Shown: one piece after another, positions 39,045 to 48,451 of the stretch | Numbering within the stretch: position 1 is the first letter of the stretch | How the letters are laid out: the number at the start of each line of letters is the position of its first letter | Assembly: GCA_034089705.1 (NCBI GenBank) | Contig: JAXDTZ010000014.1 | Span: 28,819-92,818 of the forward strand | From: Candidatus Enteromonas sp. | GTDB lineage: Bacteria; Bacillota_I; Bacilli_A; RFN20; CAG-826 | Direction: 5' to 3' | Length of the DNA: 64,000 nucleotides | Notes under the pieces: model-generated | The model's input: only the letters and a program-made list of their open reading frames with translations | Databases searched by the model: none | Told to the model about the DNA's origin: nothing | Translations under genes and position numbers: made by a program

Positions 39045-40826
39045 ATGAAAAAGAAAACATTCGCTATTTGCAGCATTTCCTTCCTTCTTCCGCTTGCTTC
39101 TTGTGGCCCTGCCGCTAGTGAAATCTCTTCTTCCAGCAAGTCAGAGATCCCTTTTGTCATGCCCCAGGGCTTGTTTCTCCGTTTGGAGATTGGGGAAGCC
39201 AAGGCCGTGGATTTGGCCGAAACGATTCAAGGGGATTTCACCCTGGCAAGCGAATCGCCCAACATCCTTCTTTCCGGGACCAAAGTCATCGGAATGGATT
39301 ACGGACCTTTCGAGGTGAAAGTCTTGCACAACGATGAACAGCACCGGATTTCCGGAGAAGTCATCACCAAGCAATCCAAGGAAATGGAAATCTACCTTAG
39401 CGATCTGCAATCGACTTACGTCGCGTTCGATTCCTTTTCCGGGGTCACCTTAAGCGGGGACGATTATTATGCCTTCATGATCGGGCAAGACGAGAATTCG
39501 GGAGCCTATCTTTATTCCGGCGGAATCCAGGATCCTTCTTCTTCCCTCTATATTCCTTTTTATCTGGGGTCCACCCCACTCCAGGAACTCGGGGAGGAAA
39601 TGGTTTTCTCCAAGGCCAGTTATTACGCGGGCTATGAACGGAGCAAAGAGAGCCTCTCCATGGAAGGATGGACTTTGTCGTTCTATGAACTCGAGGAACA
39701 GCATGACGGGAGCGGGGATTCCACCGGGGAATTCGTCTACCTTCCCGAAGACCCTTCCCTCGTTTATTCCCTTTACCGTTCGTTGCTTGGGTCAGAAAAC
39801 CCCTTGCCCAACTTGATTTTTTCTTATGGGGGCGCTGCTGGCCTCAGCTTGAAGCTCACCCCTTCCTCCTTGCGGATTTTGCCAATAGACCAAAAGAAAA
39901 ACCCGATTTCTTCCGTTTCGGTCTCGGGGTATAGCATCCCCACCGAAATCCATCTTTGGGGGAGCGATCTCATGATTCCCGCTTTCGAGGAGTGGCGGAA
40001 CAAACCCACGATTCCCCCGCAATTCCCACGAAACGAATTGCCGGAATATTTCCAATCCCTCCAAAAGGCGGATTCCTTTACTTACACCATCGATGCGAGC
40101 TGGCAAAACCCCGAAACGGGGGCCAAGACGGCTTCCCCATCCACTTTCGTATTCTCCGACACGGGGACGACCATGTTCAGTTCCTTTGCCCTAAAAGGGG
40201 TTTATCAGGGTTCGGCATTAGAAAAAACCGTGGTGGAAATCGAAGAAAAAGCCACCTCTTTGTCGGGGCATCTCCCCAAGAAAAGGGATCGAACCTTGGA
40301 ACGCATTTCCTCTTCCGCCGTTGGGAAAAGCTTTCAGACGTGGAAGGGCGAAGAAACCGAAGAAGGGTTCCTTTACGGGAACCGGAGCTCGGTTCCTTCC
40401 CGTTATTCCGATTTCTTTTCCGCGAACATCCTCCCCGGGGCACTAGCCGCCTCTTCGTTATGGGACCAAGCCTCGATCGTGGCCAAAACAAGCGAAGAAG
40501 ACGGAACCATTCGCTTCGTTTACACCCCGAATGGGTCCGACTTCTCTTCCTATTCCTACAACTCTTTCCTCGGGGGAATCCCTTACGCCTTCCATGGCAT
40601 GGATTACGGGGATCTGAGTTTATGCGGATTGCTTTATCTCTATTATTTGGAATTCGCCTGGACGAGTTGCGCGTTTGAACTTGCGGTGAACCCCCTCTCC
40701 CAAGAGTTCTCTTTCTTAGTCGAATTCCAGTATTCTTCCGAGCTCGTTTACCGTTATTCCTTGTCCATTTTCGGCATCAATTCTTCTTCCTTATCCCCCG
40801 AAGCCCTCCAGGCGATCGAGGGGTAA
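39045..40826 (+). CDS. lipoprotein (593 aa), unknown function
   Basis: MKKKTFAICSISFLLPLASCG lipobox; 2 nt after the previous stop. Confidence 0.75.
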   Translation: MKKKTFAICSISFLLPLASCGPAASEISSSSKSEIPFVMPQGLFLRLEIGEAKAVDLAETIQGDFTLASESPNILLSGTKVIGMDYGPFEVKVLHNDEQHRISGEVITKQSKEMEIYLSDLQSTYVAFDSFSGVTLSGDDYYAFMIGQDENSGAYLYSGGIQDPSSSLYIPFYLGSTPLQELGEEMVFSKASYYAGYERSKESLSMEGWTLSFYELEEQHDGSGDSTGEFVYLPEDPSLVYSLYRSLLGSENPLPNLIFSYGGAAGLSLKLTPSSLRILPIDQKKNPISSVSVSGYSIPTEIHLWGSDLMIPAFEEWRNKPTIPPQFPRNELPEYFQSLQKADSFTYTIDASWQNPETGAKTASPSTFVFSDTGTTMFSSFALKGVYQGSALEKTVVEIEEKATSLSGHLPKKRDRTLERISSSAVGKSFQTWKGEETEEGFLYGNRSSVPSRYSDFFSANILPGALAASSLWDQASIVAKTSEEDGTIRFVYTPNGSDFSSYSYNSFLGGIPYAFHGMDYGDLSLCGLLYLYYLEFAWTSCAFELAVNPLSQEFSFLVEFQYSSELVYRYSLSIFGINSSSLSPEALQAIEG

Positions 40827-41139
40827 AAAGGCCGAAATCCAATTTGTCGACCGATACCTGAAAGCGCTTTCAAAAGTACGTGTTATTTTTTGGCGTTTAT
40901 TCTGTCAATGAAAAACGGAAATTTCTTCAATCATCCTGACGAATAACCAAAATTTATTTGAAACCGCGCATTATTCAACGTTTTTAAATTTGAAGGGAAG
41001 TTCGTCAATTCTAACTTGATAAATTAGAAAGAGCGAAAAATGTCAGTCAAAACCGTTTTTCACGCAGGTACGCGTAAAAAAACCCTTGACCGATTTCAAA
41101 CGGCTTTTATTGTAAATTTGTTACTCTCAGGAGGATTCC
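40827..41139 (+). promoter_or_regulatory. 313-bp AT-rich intergenic spacer; probable internal promoter/regulatory region for the giant lipoprotein genes
   Basis: GC far below flanks; TTGACC (41086..41091)-16 nt-TATTGT candidate; AGGAGG RBS 7 nt before ATG 41140; small palindrome GAAAGCGCTTTC near 40858. Confidence 0.4.
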
Positions 41140-44100
41140 ATGAAAAACAGAAAAACCATGTTGTTTGTCCTCTCCACGGTGGCTCTTCTCGGCCTTGCCG
41201 CCTGTGGTACTCCAAACAGCAGCCTAACCCCCTCTGAGGAAGAATCGTCGACGATTAGCTCTGACGTCGAAGAAAGCGTTGGCTCGGAATTCGTATCCGA
41301 ATCCGATTCCGAACCTCAAGTTCGAAAATACGCCATCATCGACGATGCCGGGGACCACGTCTTCCTCAAAAACCTCCCCAGCGAAGCCGCGATGGGAGAA
41401 AAGATCACTTTCTCCATTGAAGCGGCCGAACCGGGATACGCCTTCACGGGAACCGTAAAAGGCACCTTCTTCGACAAATCGGCGGAGTTCCCCATCGCGA
41501 AGAACGAAGATGGAACTTACAGCTTCAAAATGATTTCCGCCGACGTCACAATCGTCGCCGAAACCGAGCCGATGGTCGTCCGTCTCAACTACGACCTCCC
41601 CGCGAACCGGGATCTCGCGGTCGACTTCTACCAAAAGGTCGATTTGCACACCTATGCGACCGCCGAATACCGCGCGGTTGCCGGCGTTTACCAGGGCGCC
41701 TGCAAAGACGGGACCTACGATCGTTTCTTCCGCCTCACCCTTGGCTACGACCGCACGTTTGTCATCGTGCGCGCCTCTTCGGAAGCCAACTTGGAGCAAT
41801 CCCCGGAAGTCACTTTCACCGGGACATATGTTTCCGAAGACCGCGGAGATGGTAACTACATCATCACCGTTCAGTACGAAACCTGCGATTCCGGCTATTA
41901 TTCCTCGCTCACTGGGGAAATCTACGTTACCTCGAACGCGGAAGGGCGCGCGGTCACCGCGATTGACCTGATCACCTCCGCCAGCGGAAGCTACCGTTAT
42001 GGTTTCCAAACCGGAAGCGGCGCTTTCATCGAAGGAGCCAAAGAATTCGAAGAAGGGACTTATCGTTACATCAAATGCGACGGGAAGCCCCAATACGGCT
42101 ACTACCAAGACGCGCTCTACGTGAAGCCGATCGCCAACAATTATTACGAAGAATCCGTCGTCATGGTCGATGACACGGTCTGCGAGAAGAACGAGGACGG
42201 ATACTATGTGGCCTCGCTTCCCTTCCATACCGCCACGATCAAAGTCGACAAACGCGTCCGTTATTCGCCCATCGTCATCCAGAAAGACAGCGAATATGTT
42301 AATGTTCGCGCCTATACCCGCGCGGAAGCCAAGGTGGACGGGGAAGTTGTCAAAGACGAATCTGGCAACACCGTTTACGAATACACCGAGGTCACGGAAG
42401 CCAAATACCAAGACGAAATCTACTTCAAGATCGAAGTGGACGAAGTGGAAGGATTCAAATTCAACGGCATGCGCGTCCGTTACGGCAGCAAGGCCTCCGA
42501 TTTCGTTGACACCCTGACCCACGCCTCCCAATTCACTCAAAACGCGGATGGCTATTATCACGCCTCTTGGACCAAGATGACCGACATGGACTATGGCATG
42601 ATCGCCACCGTCCAAACCGCCACCGCCTGGGCCACGGGGGATGACGCCGCCTTTGTCGTCACCGGGCAATCCCGCCAATTCGGCAGCACCCTCACGAGCG
42701 AATTCTCCGTGAACGAATACGGCGAAGCGGCCTTCGGAACCAAGAAATTCTTCTTCGGGAAAGACGATTATGACCCCGCCACCGGAAAAGTGGCTTGGCA
42801 CGCCTACCAAGAATCCGTCACCTACGACGGATATTACGAAGGCGGCCTTTACGTGGTCAGCGCCGTCAATACCTCAACTTCGATCAACAACGTTTATTTC
42901 GGCGTCAAGAACCTCTATGACGAAGAAGAAGCCGCGCTTCCCATCACTTACACCGAAACCAAAACGGCGGCCGGAGATTTCGCGATTGTCGACATCGCCC
43001 AAGGCGAATCCACCAAGACCGTCGTTCTCGGCGACTTCGATCCGGAAACCGGAACCGATGATAACGGCGTTTTCCACGATGCCATCACGGTTCATGGGAA
43101 CTACGAACTTCGCGTCCTCAATGGCGCGGAGAGCTACACCACTCCGGGCGCGGTTGTCGATGTTATGGACGGCGAAACCGTCCTCGCGACGTACAAGAAT
43201 TACAACTCGGTCCTCAAACCGTTCGTCAAAGGAACCGCGGGAACCTTTACCGCGGAAGGCCTTCCGACCATCGTTACGGACGGCTTTGGCGGCGTGACCA
43301 TCACCGCCAACCCCGGATCGGAAGAAGAAACGGTTGTGAACGCCTTCTTGACCTCCAGCGAAGCCACGGAAGAAGGCAAGGAAAACCTTTCGGTCTTGGC
43401 TACCAACGCGGACGGACACGTGGTCCTCTACGCCGTGACCCTCGACGTGGAAGCAAAAACCTATGTCGCTGGGAAAACCTTCGGCACCGTCATTTCGGGC
43501 AAAAACTATCGCGGCGTTTCCATCAATAACACCACTGCAGGAGTTTCCGGAGGCAGCGTCTACCTTCTCACCATCGGGGAAGGGGACAAACTTGGCACCG
43601 CCGTCTTCTATCAAGGGTCTTCGAGCACCGCTTACAAAGACATGGCCCTTTCTTCGGATGGCTCCATCACCGTCACGACCCCGGATTCCACGAATTATAA
43701 GGTGAATTTCACCGCCGACGGATCCTCGGTCATCGCCCGTCACAGCAATCCGAATAATTCCTCCGTCATCCTCACCGACAAGATCACCGCCACCTATGCG
43801 AGCTACTTTACCTTTAATAAGGTGAACGTCGCTGGCGGCGTCTTGGTGGAATTCACCCCATCCTATTCGAGCTATGGCACGCGAACCGGGCATCCGTTCT
43901 TCGTCCGGGAACTCGGCAACAACTGGGACATCGAATTCGTTGACGTTACCTACGCCGAAGGAAGCGAACAAGCCTTCGAAAAGGAAGGCGCGCGCTTCTC
44001 CTTGACTTTGGATGGCGAAGAATACGGGCCGTATTACAATACCGGCACCGCCATCGTCGCCGACGTTTCGGGAACCTATGTCATCGACGAAACCACCAAT

Positions 44101-44706
44101 TTGGAGATTGTCGGCGATAAGGTGACCTACAACGGGATGACCAAGACCTTCACCTTCGACACGACGACCAATACCGGTTCCTTCACGAATTTGGAAACCA
44201 CCGAGGAAGGCTCTTTCTTCAAAACCTATGAATTCGTTTTGGATACGGAAGCCATGACCGCCACCATTGAAGTGGTCAGCTCCGTTGCCATGGTGATTCC
44301 GACCATCGCCGACGAAGGATCCCTCTCTGGCTATGTCTGGACGCAGCAAGAGGATGGTTCTTGGGTTTCCCCGGGCGCCTTCAAATCCAACACCGCATGG
44401 CTCAACATCACCTGCGATACTTCCGGAACCTTGACGTTCGATTATCAAATCGGTTCTGAAGCCGGTTACGATTACCTCACCATCCAAACCAAGGTTGGCG
44501 ATGGATCCTGGACGACTCTCTCGGGATATTCTACCAGCGACAAATCCAGCAATTCCGGCGTTGTTTCCGGCTCGATCACTTTGGAAGTCGAAGCTGGGAC
44601 CGTGGTCCGCGTTGGCTATTACAAAGATAGCAGCGGGGATAAAAACGGCGACACAATCGTCGTTTCCAACGTCCTCATTGCCCCTTCGGCCGTGACCGAA
44701 GAGTAA
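41140..44706 (+). CDS. giant surface lipoprotein (1,188 aa), paralog A
   Basis: lipobox LGLAACG, S/E-rich linker, N-terminal recurrent module (…DGTYSFKMISADVTIVAETEP), long beta-rich body, conserved C-terminal ~115-aa domain (…DYLTIQTKVGDGSWTTLSGYS…). Confidence 0.85.
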   Translation: MKNRKTMLFVLSTVALLGLAACGTPNSSLTPSEEESSTISSDVEESVGSEFVSESDSEPQVRKYAIIDDAGDHVFLKNLPSEAAMGEKITFSIEAAEPGYAFTGTVKGTFFDKSAEFPIAKNEDGTYSFKMISADVTIVAETEPMVVRLNYDLPANRDLAVDFYQKVDLHTYATAEYRAVAGVYQGACKDGTYDRFFRLTLGYDRTFVIVRASSEANLEQSPEVTFTGTYVSEDRGDGNYIITVQYETCDSGYYSSLTGEIYVTSNAEGRAVTAIDLITSASGSYRYGFQTGSGAFIEGAKEFEEGTYRYIKCDGKPQYGYYQDALYVKPIANNYYEESVVMVDDTVCEKNEDGYYVASLPFHTATIKVDKRVRYSPIVIQKDSEYVNVRAYTRAEAKVDGEVVKDESGNTVYEYTEVTEAKYQDEIYFKIEVDEVEGFKFNGMRVRYGSKASDFVDTLTHASQFTQNADGYYHASWTKMTDMDYGMIATVQTATAWATGDDAAFVVTGQSRQFGSTLTSEFSVNEYGEAAFGTKKFFFGKDDYDPATGKVAWHAYQESVTYDGYYEGGLYVVSAVNTSTSINNVYFGVKNLYDEEEAALPITYTETKTAAGDFAIVDIAQGESTKTVVLGDFDPETGTDDNGVFHDAITVHGNYELRVLNGAESYTTPGAVVDVMDGETVLATYKNYNSVLKPFVKGTAGTFTAEGLPTIVTDGFGGVTITANPGSEEETVVNAFLTSSEATEEGKENLSVLATNADGHVVLYAVTLDVEAKTYVAGKTFGTVISGKNYRGVSINNTTAGVSGGSVYLLTIGEGDKLGTAVFYQGSSSTAYKDMALSSDGSITVTTPDSTNYKVNFTADGSSVIARHSNPNNSSVILTDKITATYASYFTFNKVNVAGGVLVEFTPSYSSYGTRTGHPFFVRELGNNWDIEFVDVTYAEGSEQAFEKEGARFSLTLDGEEYGPYYNTGTAIVADVSGTYVIDETTNLEIVGDKVTYNGMTKTFTFDTTTNTGSFTNLETTEEGSFFKTYEFVLDTEAMTATIEVVSSVAMVIPTIADEGSLSGYVWTQQEDGSWVSPGAFKSNTAWLNITCDTSGTLTFDYQIGSEAGYDYLTIQTKVGDGSWTTLSGYSTSDKSSNSGVVSGSITLEVEAGTVVRVGYYKDSSGDKNGDTIVVSNVLIAPSAVTEE

Positions 44707-44718
44707 AGGAGAACCCCA

Positions 44719-47700
44719 ATGAAACCATCGAAATTTCTTCTTGTTTTATCGGCGCTCGGGGCGATGACTCTCGCCTCCTGCTCCGTCGGGACGGATCCGG
44801 CTCCCAGTTCTTCTGAGCCGGTTTCCTCCCTTCCTAGCGACGTTAGCTCCGAAAGTTCGGTTTCCAGCGAATCGAGCGAACCGAGCGAACCCGAGGTCGA
44901 AAAATTCGACATCGTCGACGCCGTTGGCGACCACATCTTCGTCCATGGCCCCGTCCAGGCAGCCGAAGGCGAAGCCGTTTCCTTCCGCATCGACGTCGAG
45001 ATCGGGTATTCCTTCAGCGGAGTTATCGTGGCGAAGGATTCGGAACAAAACGTCCTCGACCTCGCCTTGAACGATGGGGAATACACGTTCACGATGCCGG
45101 CCTCCGCGGTCACCATTTCCGCCGAAACCATGGCCGCTTCTTACCTCCTCTCCTACTCTACTCCGGAAGAGCTTTCCCTCTCTGCTTATGAAATCGTGAA
45201 GGAAACCGAACTCGCGACGGAGGACCGGGAAGCCGTCGCCGGCGTTTACACCGGAACCCTCCAATATTACGACTATGGTTACGCGAATTGTGGACCCCTC
45301 ACCATCACCCTCGGGTACGATGGCTCCATCCACTTTGTGGAAGCCACCAGCGCCAGCGACTCCAGCGTGAAGTATGAAGCCGAAGGCGTTTATGAAGTCG
45401 AATGCCTCGGCGACGATACCTACGTCGTTCGTTTCGACCTCAAAACCGAAACCGGGGTTGCCGTGACTGGAAAGATGAAAATCGTCTCCAAAGTCGTTCC
45501 CGAAAGCGAGGTAGAAGGCGTTAATGTCCCCGAACACCGCGAAAGGACCTACACCGCCTCTTCCACTTACTACCTTGAAGTCAGCGGCAAGAAATACAAC
45601 CAAGGCAGCATTTCCGCCACGGGCGAAGCCGCGGAACTCGATCCGGAAAAAGACGTCTACCGCAAACTCGATGCCCTTCCCCAAGTTTGGGACTATTTGG
45701 ACCACTTCTATCTGAAGTCTTCCATCACTGACGAATACGTCGCCGGCTCCCTTTCGCTGAACGGGGAAGTGCTCGAAGCCAACGAAGAGGGTTATTACCG
45801 CATCGACATGCCGCATCACGCTTCGCGGATCGAATTGACCAAAGCCACCCGTTACGCTCCGATCGTTTCGGAAACCGATTGCCCGGGGCTCGAACTCAAA
45901 TCCTACGTCAAAGTGGTGGACGAACCGGTGGAGGAAGGCGGAGAAGCCACCTACCATTACGAAGAGGTCACCCAAGCCAAATTCAACGACCAAATCTATT
46001 TCAAAGCCGTGGATAAGGCCGACAGCGAAGTCCGTTATGGCTTAATCGGCATGACGGTCACCTATGGCCCGGGTTCGAGCAATTCCGTCAACTCCGTCTA
46101 CTCCATCAAGCTGAACGCCGATGGGTATTACGAATCCACTTGGCTCAAAATGTCCAATATGGATTTCGGCATGAGCGTTTCCTTCGTCGCGAATCCGGAA
46201 CTCCCGGAAAGCGAAGAACGTTTCGCCCTCGGTGCCGCCCTCACGGGTTTCGACTCCTATTCCTCCACAAAGGATTTCGCCGTGAACGAATTCGGCAAAG
46301 TCCTCTTCAACGGTTCGGAATATTACTACTCCACCGATGACATCGCCGAAGACGGCAGCGTCACCATGCACCGCTATACCTATGACGCCAGCCACGACAT
46401 CAAAGCCTACCGTCATAACGGCACCTGGGTTTTCCTCAAAGATTTGTCCAGCAACAAGCTCTCCTACTACGCCATCGGCGAAGCGGGAATTCCCGGCGCA
46501 GAGGGGGAAGAAGACCAAAAACCGTCCTTCTCCTTCTTGATGGATGCCTCGAGCGCTTCTAACGCTTCGACCGCCTTGGTGAACGTCACCCATGCCGACG
46601 GAACCTCTTCTTACGTCCAAATCGCCGACCTCGATCCGGAAACCGGCAAGGATTCCGAAACCGGCGTCGATCACGATGCCAAAACCATCCTCTGGGACGT
46701 AGACGTCGAGATCCTCAACGGGAAAGCGAGCATCGCCGACAAGGATGCCATCTTCGACATCAAGAAGGATGGCGAGATCGTGAGCACCCACATCAATGAA
46801 GGCGGCGTCATCGCCTCCTACGAAAAAGGGCCGAGCGGCACCTTCACCCGCGGTGAAGACGTGATCGTTTCTAACGGTGCGGGCCTCGTCACCTTCAACG
46901 GAGTCAATGTCCTGAGCTCCGCTTATGGCAATAGCGACGAAGGGAAAACCATCTCCTTCCTCGCCAAAGATGGCAATGTCGTTCGCCTCTACACGGTCGT
47001 CGTGGACGAAACCGCGAACACTTTTGCCCCGGCGAGCGGCAAGTCTTATGGAACCCCGGTCACGGGCGTTCGTCGCGGCGGATATTACAGCACCAGCGCC
47101 ACCATCAACTCTTCTAGTTATACGGTGAACCTCGGCGCGACCACCGAAACGGGAGAATTCGCTGAAGAAACCGCCGATGGATGCTATGTAAAAGTCGGTT
47201 GGACCGCTTATATTGGCACCTACAAGGTCAACTCCGATGGAAAAGTCGTCGCAAGCGTCGACGCTTCCGGAAGCACTTACAACTATGTCTTCGACTTCTC
47301 GGATGACGGTGAACTCGCCTTCTTCTACAAAGATGGCGATTCCTCCAAGTTCTACCTCTACTCCACCTTGGCGACGAGTGCCATGTCCTCGTCCAACACC
47401 AAACTCCTCGTTTCGAACTTCGGTTCGAAGAAGGTCTTCGCCTTGGTGCAAAACGGTTCAACCGCCGGCATCAGCGAATCGACCAACGTCCTCGTGCAAA
47501 ACGGATCGGAATACGCGCTCGGTAAGGTAACGCTTAGCGGCGAATTCGCTTCCTGGCATACCGAAGGAGCCACCTTCACTCTCACCGTCAACGGCGCGAC
47601 GAGCGGAGAACTCTCCTATGTCGGCGGGGAAATAAAGGCCAACATCACCGGCGATTACACCGTGGAAGGACACGACAACCCCGTTCACATCGACAATACG

Positions 47701-48273
47701 GGGACGATCACCGTCGATGGAGTGGATTACGTCTTCACGATGAAGGATGATGGGACTTTGAGTTACACCATCATGGATATTCAAGAGGAAGCGGGCAAAA
47801 TCGTGTTCACGACTTACACGGTGACCTACGATGTGGAAGCGAAAACCGCGACCATTGCCCAAACGGGCGTCCGCGAAACCGGGCTCTTCATTCCTTCCGA
47901 TGCCGGAAGCGATACGAGCAAGGTTTGGACGGAATCCGAAGGCGTTTGGACCTCTCCGAGTGGATTTAGCAGCAAAGCCATCTACCTCAACGTCGAATTC
48001 TTCGGCGCGGGGACCTTCTCCTTCCACGCCAAGATTTCTTCCGAGTCCGGGTGGGATTACCTCACCATCCAGACGAAGGCGGCCGGAGCCACTTCCTTCA
48101 CCACCCTTTCTGGATACTCCTCTTCCGAAAAGAAAGCGAATTCCGGGGAAAAGGAATTGGACATCACCATCGAAGTCACCGCTGGCATGGTGGTCCAAAT
48201 CGGCTACTACAAAGATGGCAGCGGAAATTCCGGTTCCGACTGCATCGTCGTCTCCAACATGGTTCTTGCTTAA
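44719..48273 (+). CDS. giant surface lipoprotein (1,184 aa), paralog B (tandem duplicate of 41140..44706)
   Basis: lipobox MTLASCS; collinear similarity to paralog A (KFDIVDAVGDHIFV / KYAIIDDAGDHVFL; AVAGVY; RYAPIV / RYSPIV; WDYLTIQTKAAG…VVSNMVLA); AAAGGAG RBS. Confidence 0.85.
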   Translation: MKPSKFLLVLSALGAMTLASCSVGTDPAPSSSEPVSSLPSDVSSESSVSSESSEPSEPEVEKFDIVDAVGDHIFVHGPVQAAEGEAVSFRIDVEIGYSFSGVIVAKDSEQNVLDLALNDGEYTFTMPASAVTISAETMAASYLLSYSTPEELSLSAYEIVKETELATEDREAVAGVYTGTLQYYDYGYANCGPLTITLGYDGSIHFVEATSASDSSVKYEAEGVYEVECLGDDTYVVRFDLKTETGVAVTGKMKIVSKVVPESEVEGVNVPEHRERTYTASSTYYLEVSGKKYNQGSISATGEAAELDPEKDVYRKLDALPQVWDYLDHFYLKSSITDEYVAGSLSLNGEVLEANEEGYYRIDMPHHASRIELTKATRYAPIVSETDCPGLELKSYVKVVDEPVEEGGEATYHYEEVTQAKFNDQIYFKAVDKADSEVRYGLIGMTVTYGPGSSNSVNSVYSIKLNADGYYESTWLKMSNMDFGMSVSFVANPELPESEERFALGAALTGFDSYSSTKDFAVNEFGKVLFNGSEYYYSTDDIAEDGSVTMHRYTYDASHDIKAYRHNGTWVFLKDLSSNKLSYYAIGEAGIPGAEGEEDQKPSFSFLMDASSASNASTALVNVTHADGTSSYVQIADLDPETGKDSETGVDHDAKTILWDVDVEILNGKASIADKDAIFDIKKDGEIVSTHINEGGVIASYEKGPSGTFTRGEDVIVSNGAGLVTFNGVNVLSSAYGNSDEGKTISFLAKDGNVVRLYTVVVDETANTFAPASGKSYGTPVTGVRRGGYYSTSATINSSSYTVNLGATTETGEFAEETADGCYVKVGWTAYIGTYKVNSDGKVVASVDASGSTYNYVFDFSDDGELAFFYKDGDSSKFYLYSTLATSAMSSSNTKLLVSNFGSKKVFALVQNGSTAGISESTNVLVQNGSEYALGKVTLSGEFASWHTEGATFTLTVNGATSGELSYVGGEIKANITGDYTVEGHDNPVHIDNTGTITVDGVDYVFTMKDDGTLSYTIMDIQEEAGKIVFTTYTVTYDVEAKTATIAQTGVRETGLFIPSDAGSDTSKVWTESEGVWTSPSGFSSKAIYLNVEFFGAGTFSFHAKISSESGWDYLTIQTKAAGATSFTTLSGYSSSEKKANSGEKELDITIEVTAGMVVQIGYYKDGSGNSGSDCIVVSNMVLA

Positions 48274-48288
48274 TTCCCATTAAGCAGC

Positions 48289-48323
48289 AAAGCCGAGTCC
48301 TTCGAGGCTCGGCTTTTTCTTTT
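48289..48323 (+). terminator. rho-independent terminator after the giant lipoprotein pair
   Basis: AAGCCGAGUC-CUUCGA-GGCUCGGCUU 10-bp stem followed by UUUUUCUUUUCUU. Confidence 0.75.
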
Positions 48324-48451
48324 CTTCGATATTTGCTTCCTTATTTTCCATTGACGTGAATTTTTCAAAACGATATTCCATATTTCTCGCGCGCGTGTAT
48401 GATATTTTTCGTGCGCCCGTTTTGAGCGCTTGTCCATAATCGAGGTCACTT

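Noticed and set aside
41040-41237. 65-aa ORF spanning the AT-rich spacer and the start of the giant lipoprotein gene
   Set aside because: It runs through the promoter, RBS and signal-peptide codons of the 41140 gene in another frame, and has neither an RBS nor recognisable coding character.
41140-48273. Diversity-generating retroelement or recombinational cassette system acting on the paralogous giant lipoproteins
   Set aside because: No reverse transcriptase ORF, no template-repeat / variable-repeat pair of near-identical DNA, and no partial silent cassettes in the window. The similarity is at protein level with diverged DNA, which fits ordinary tandem duplication.
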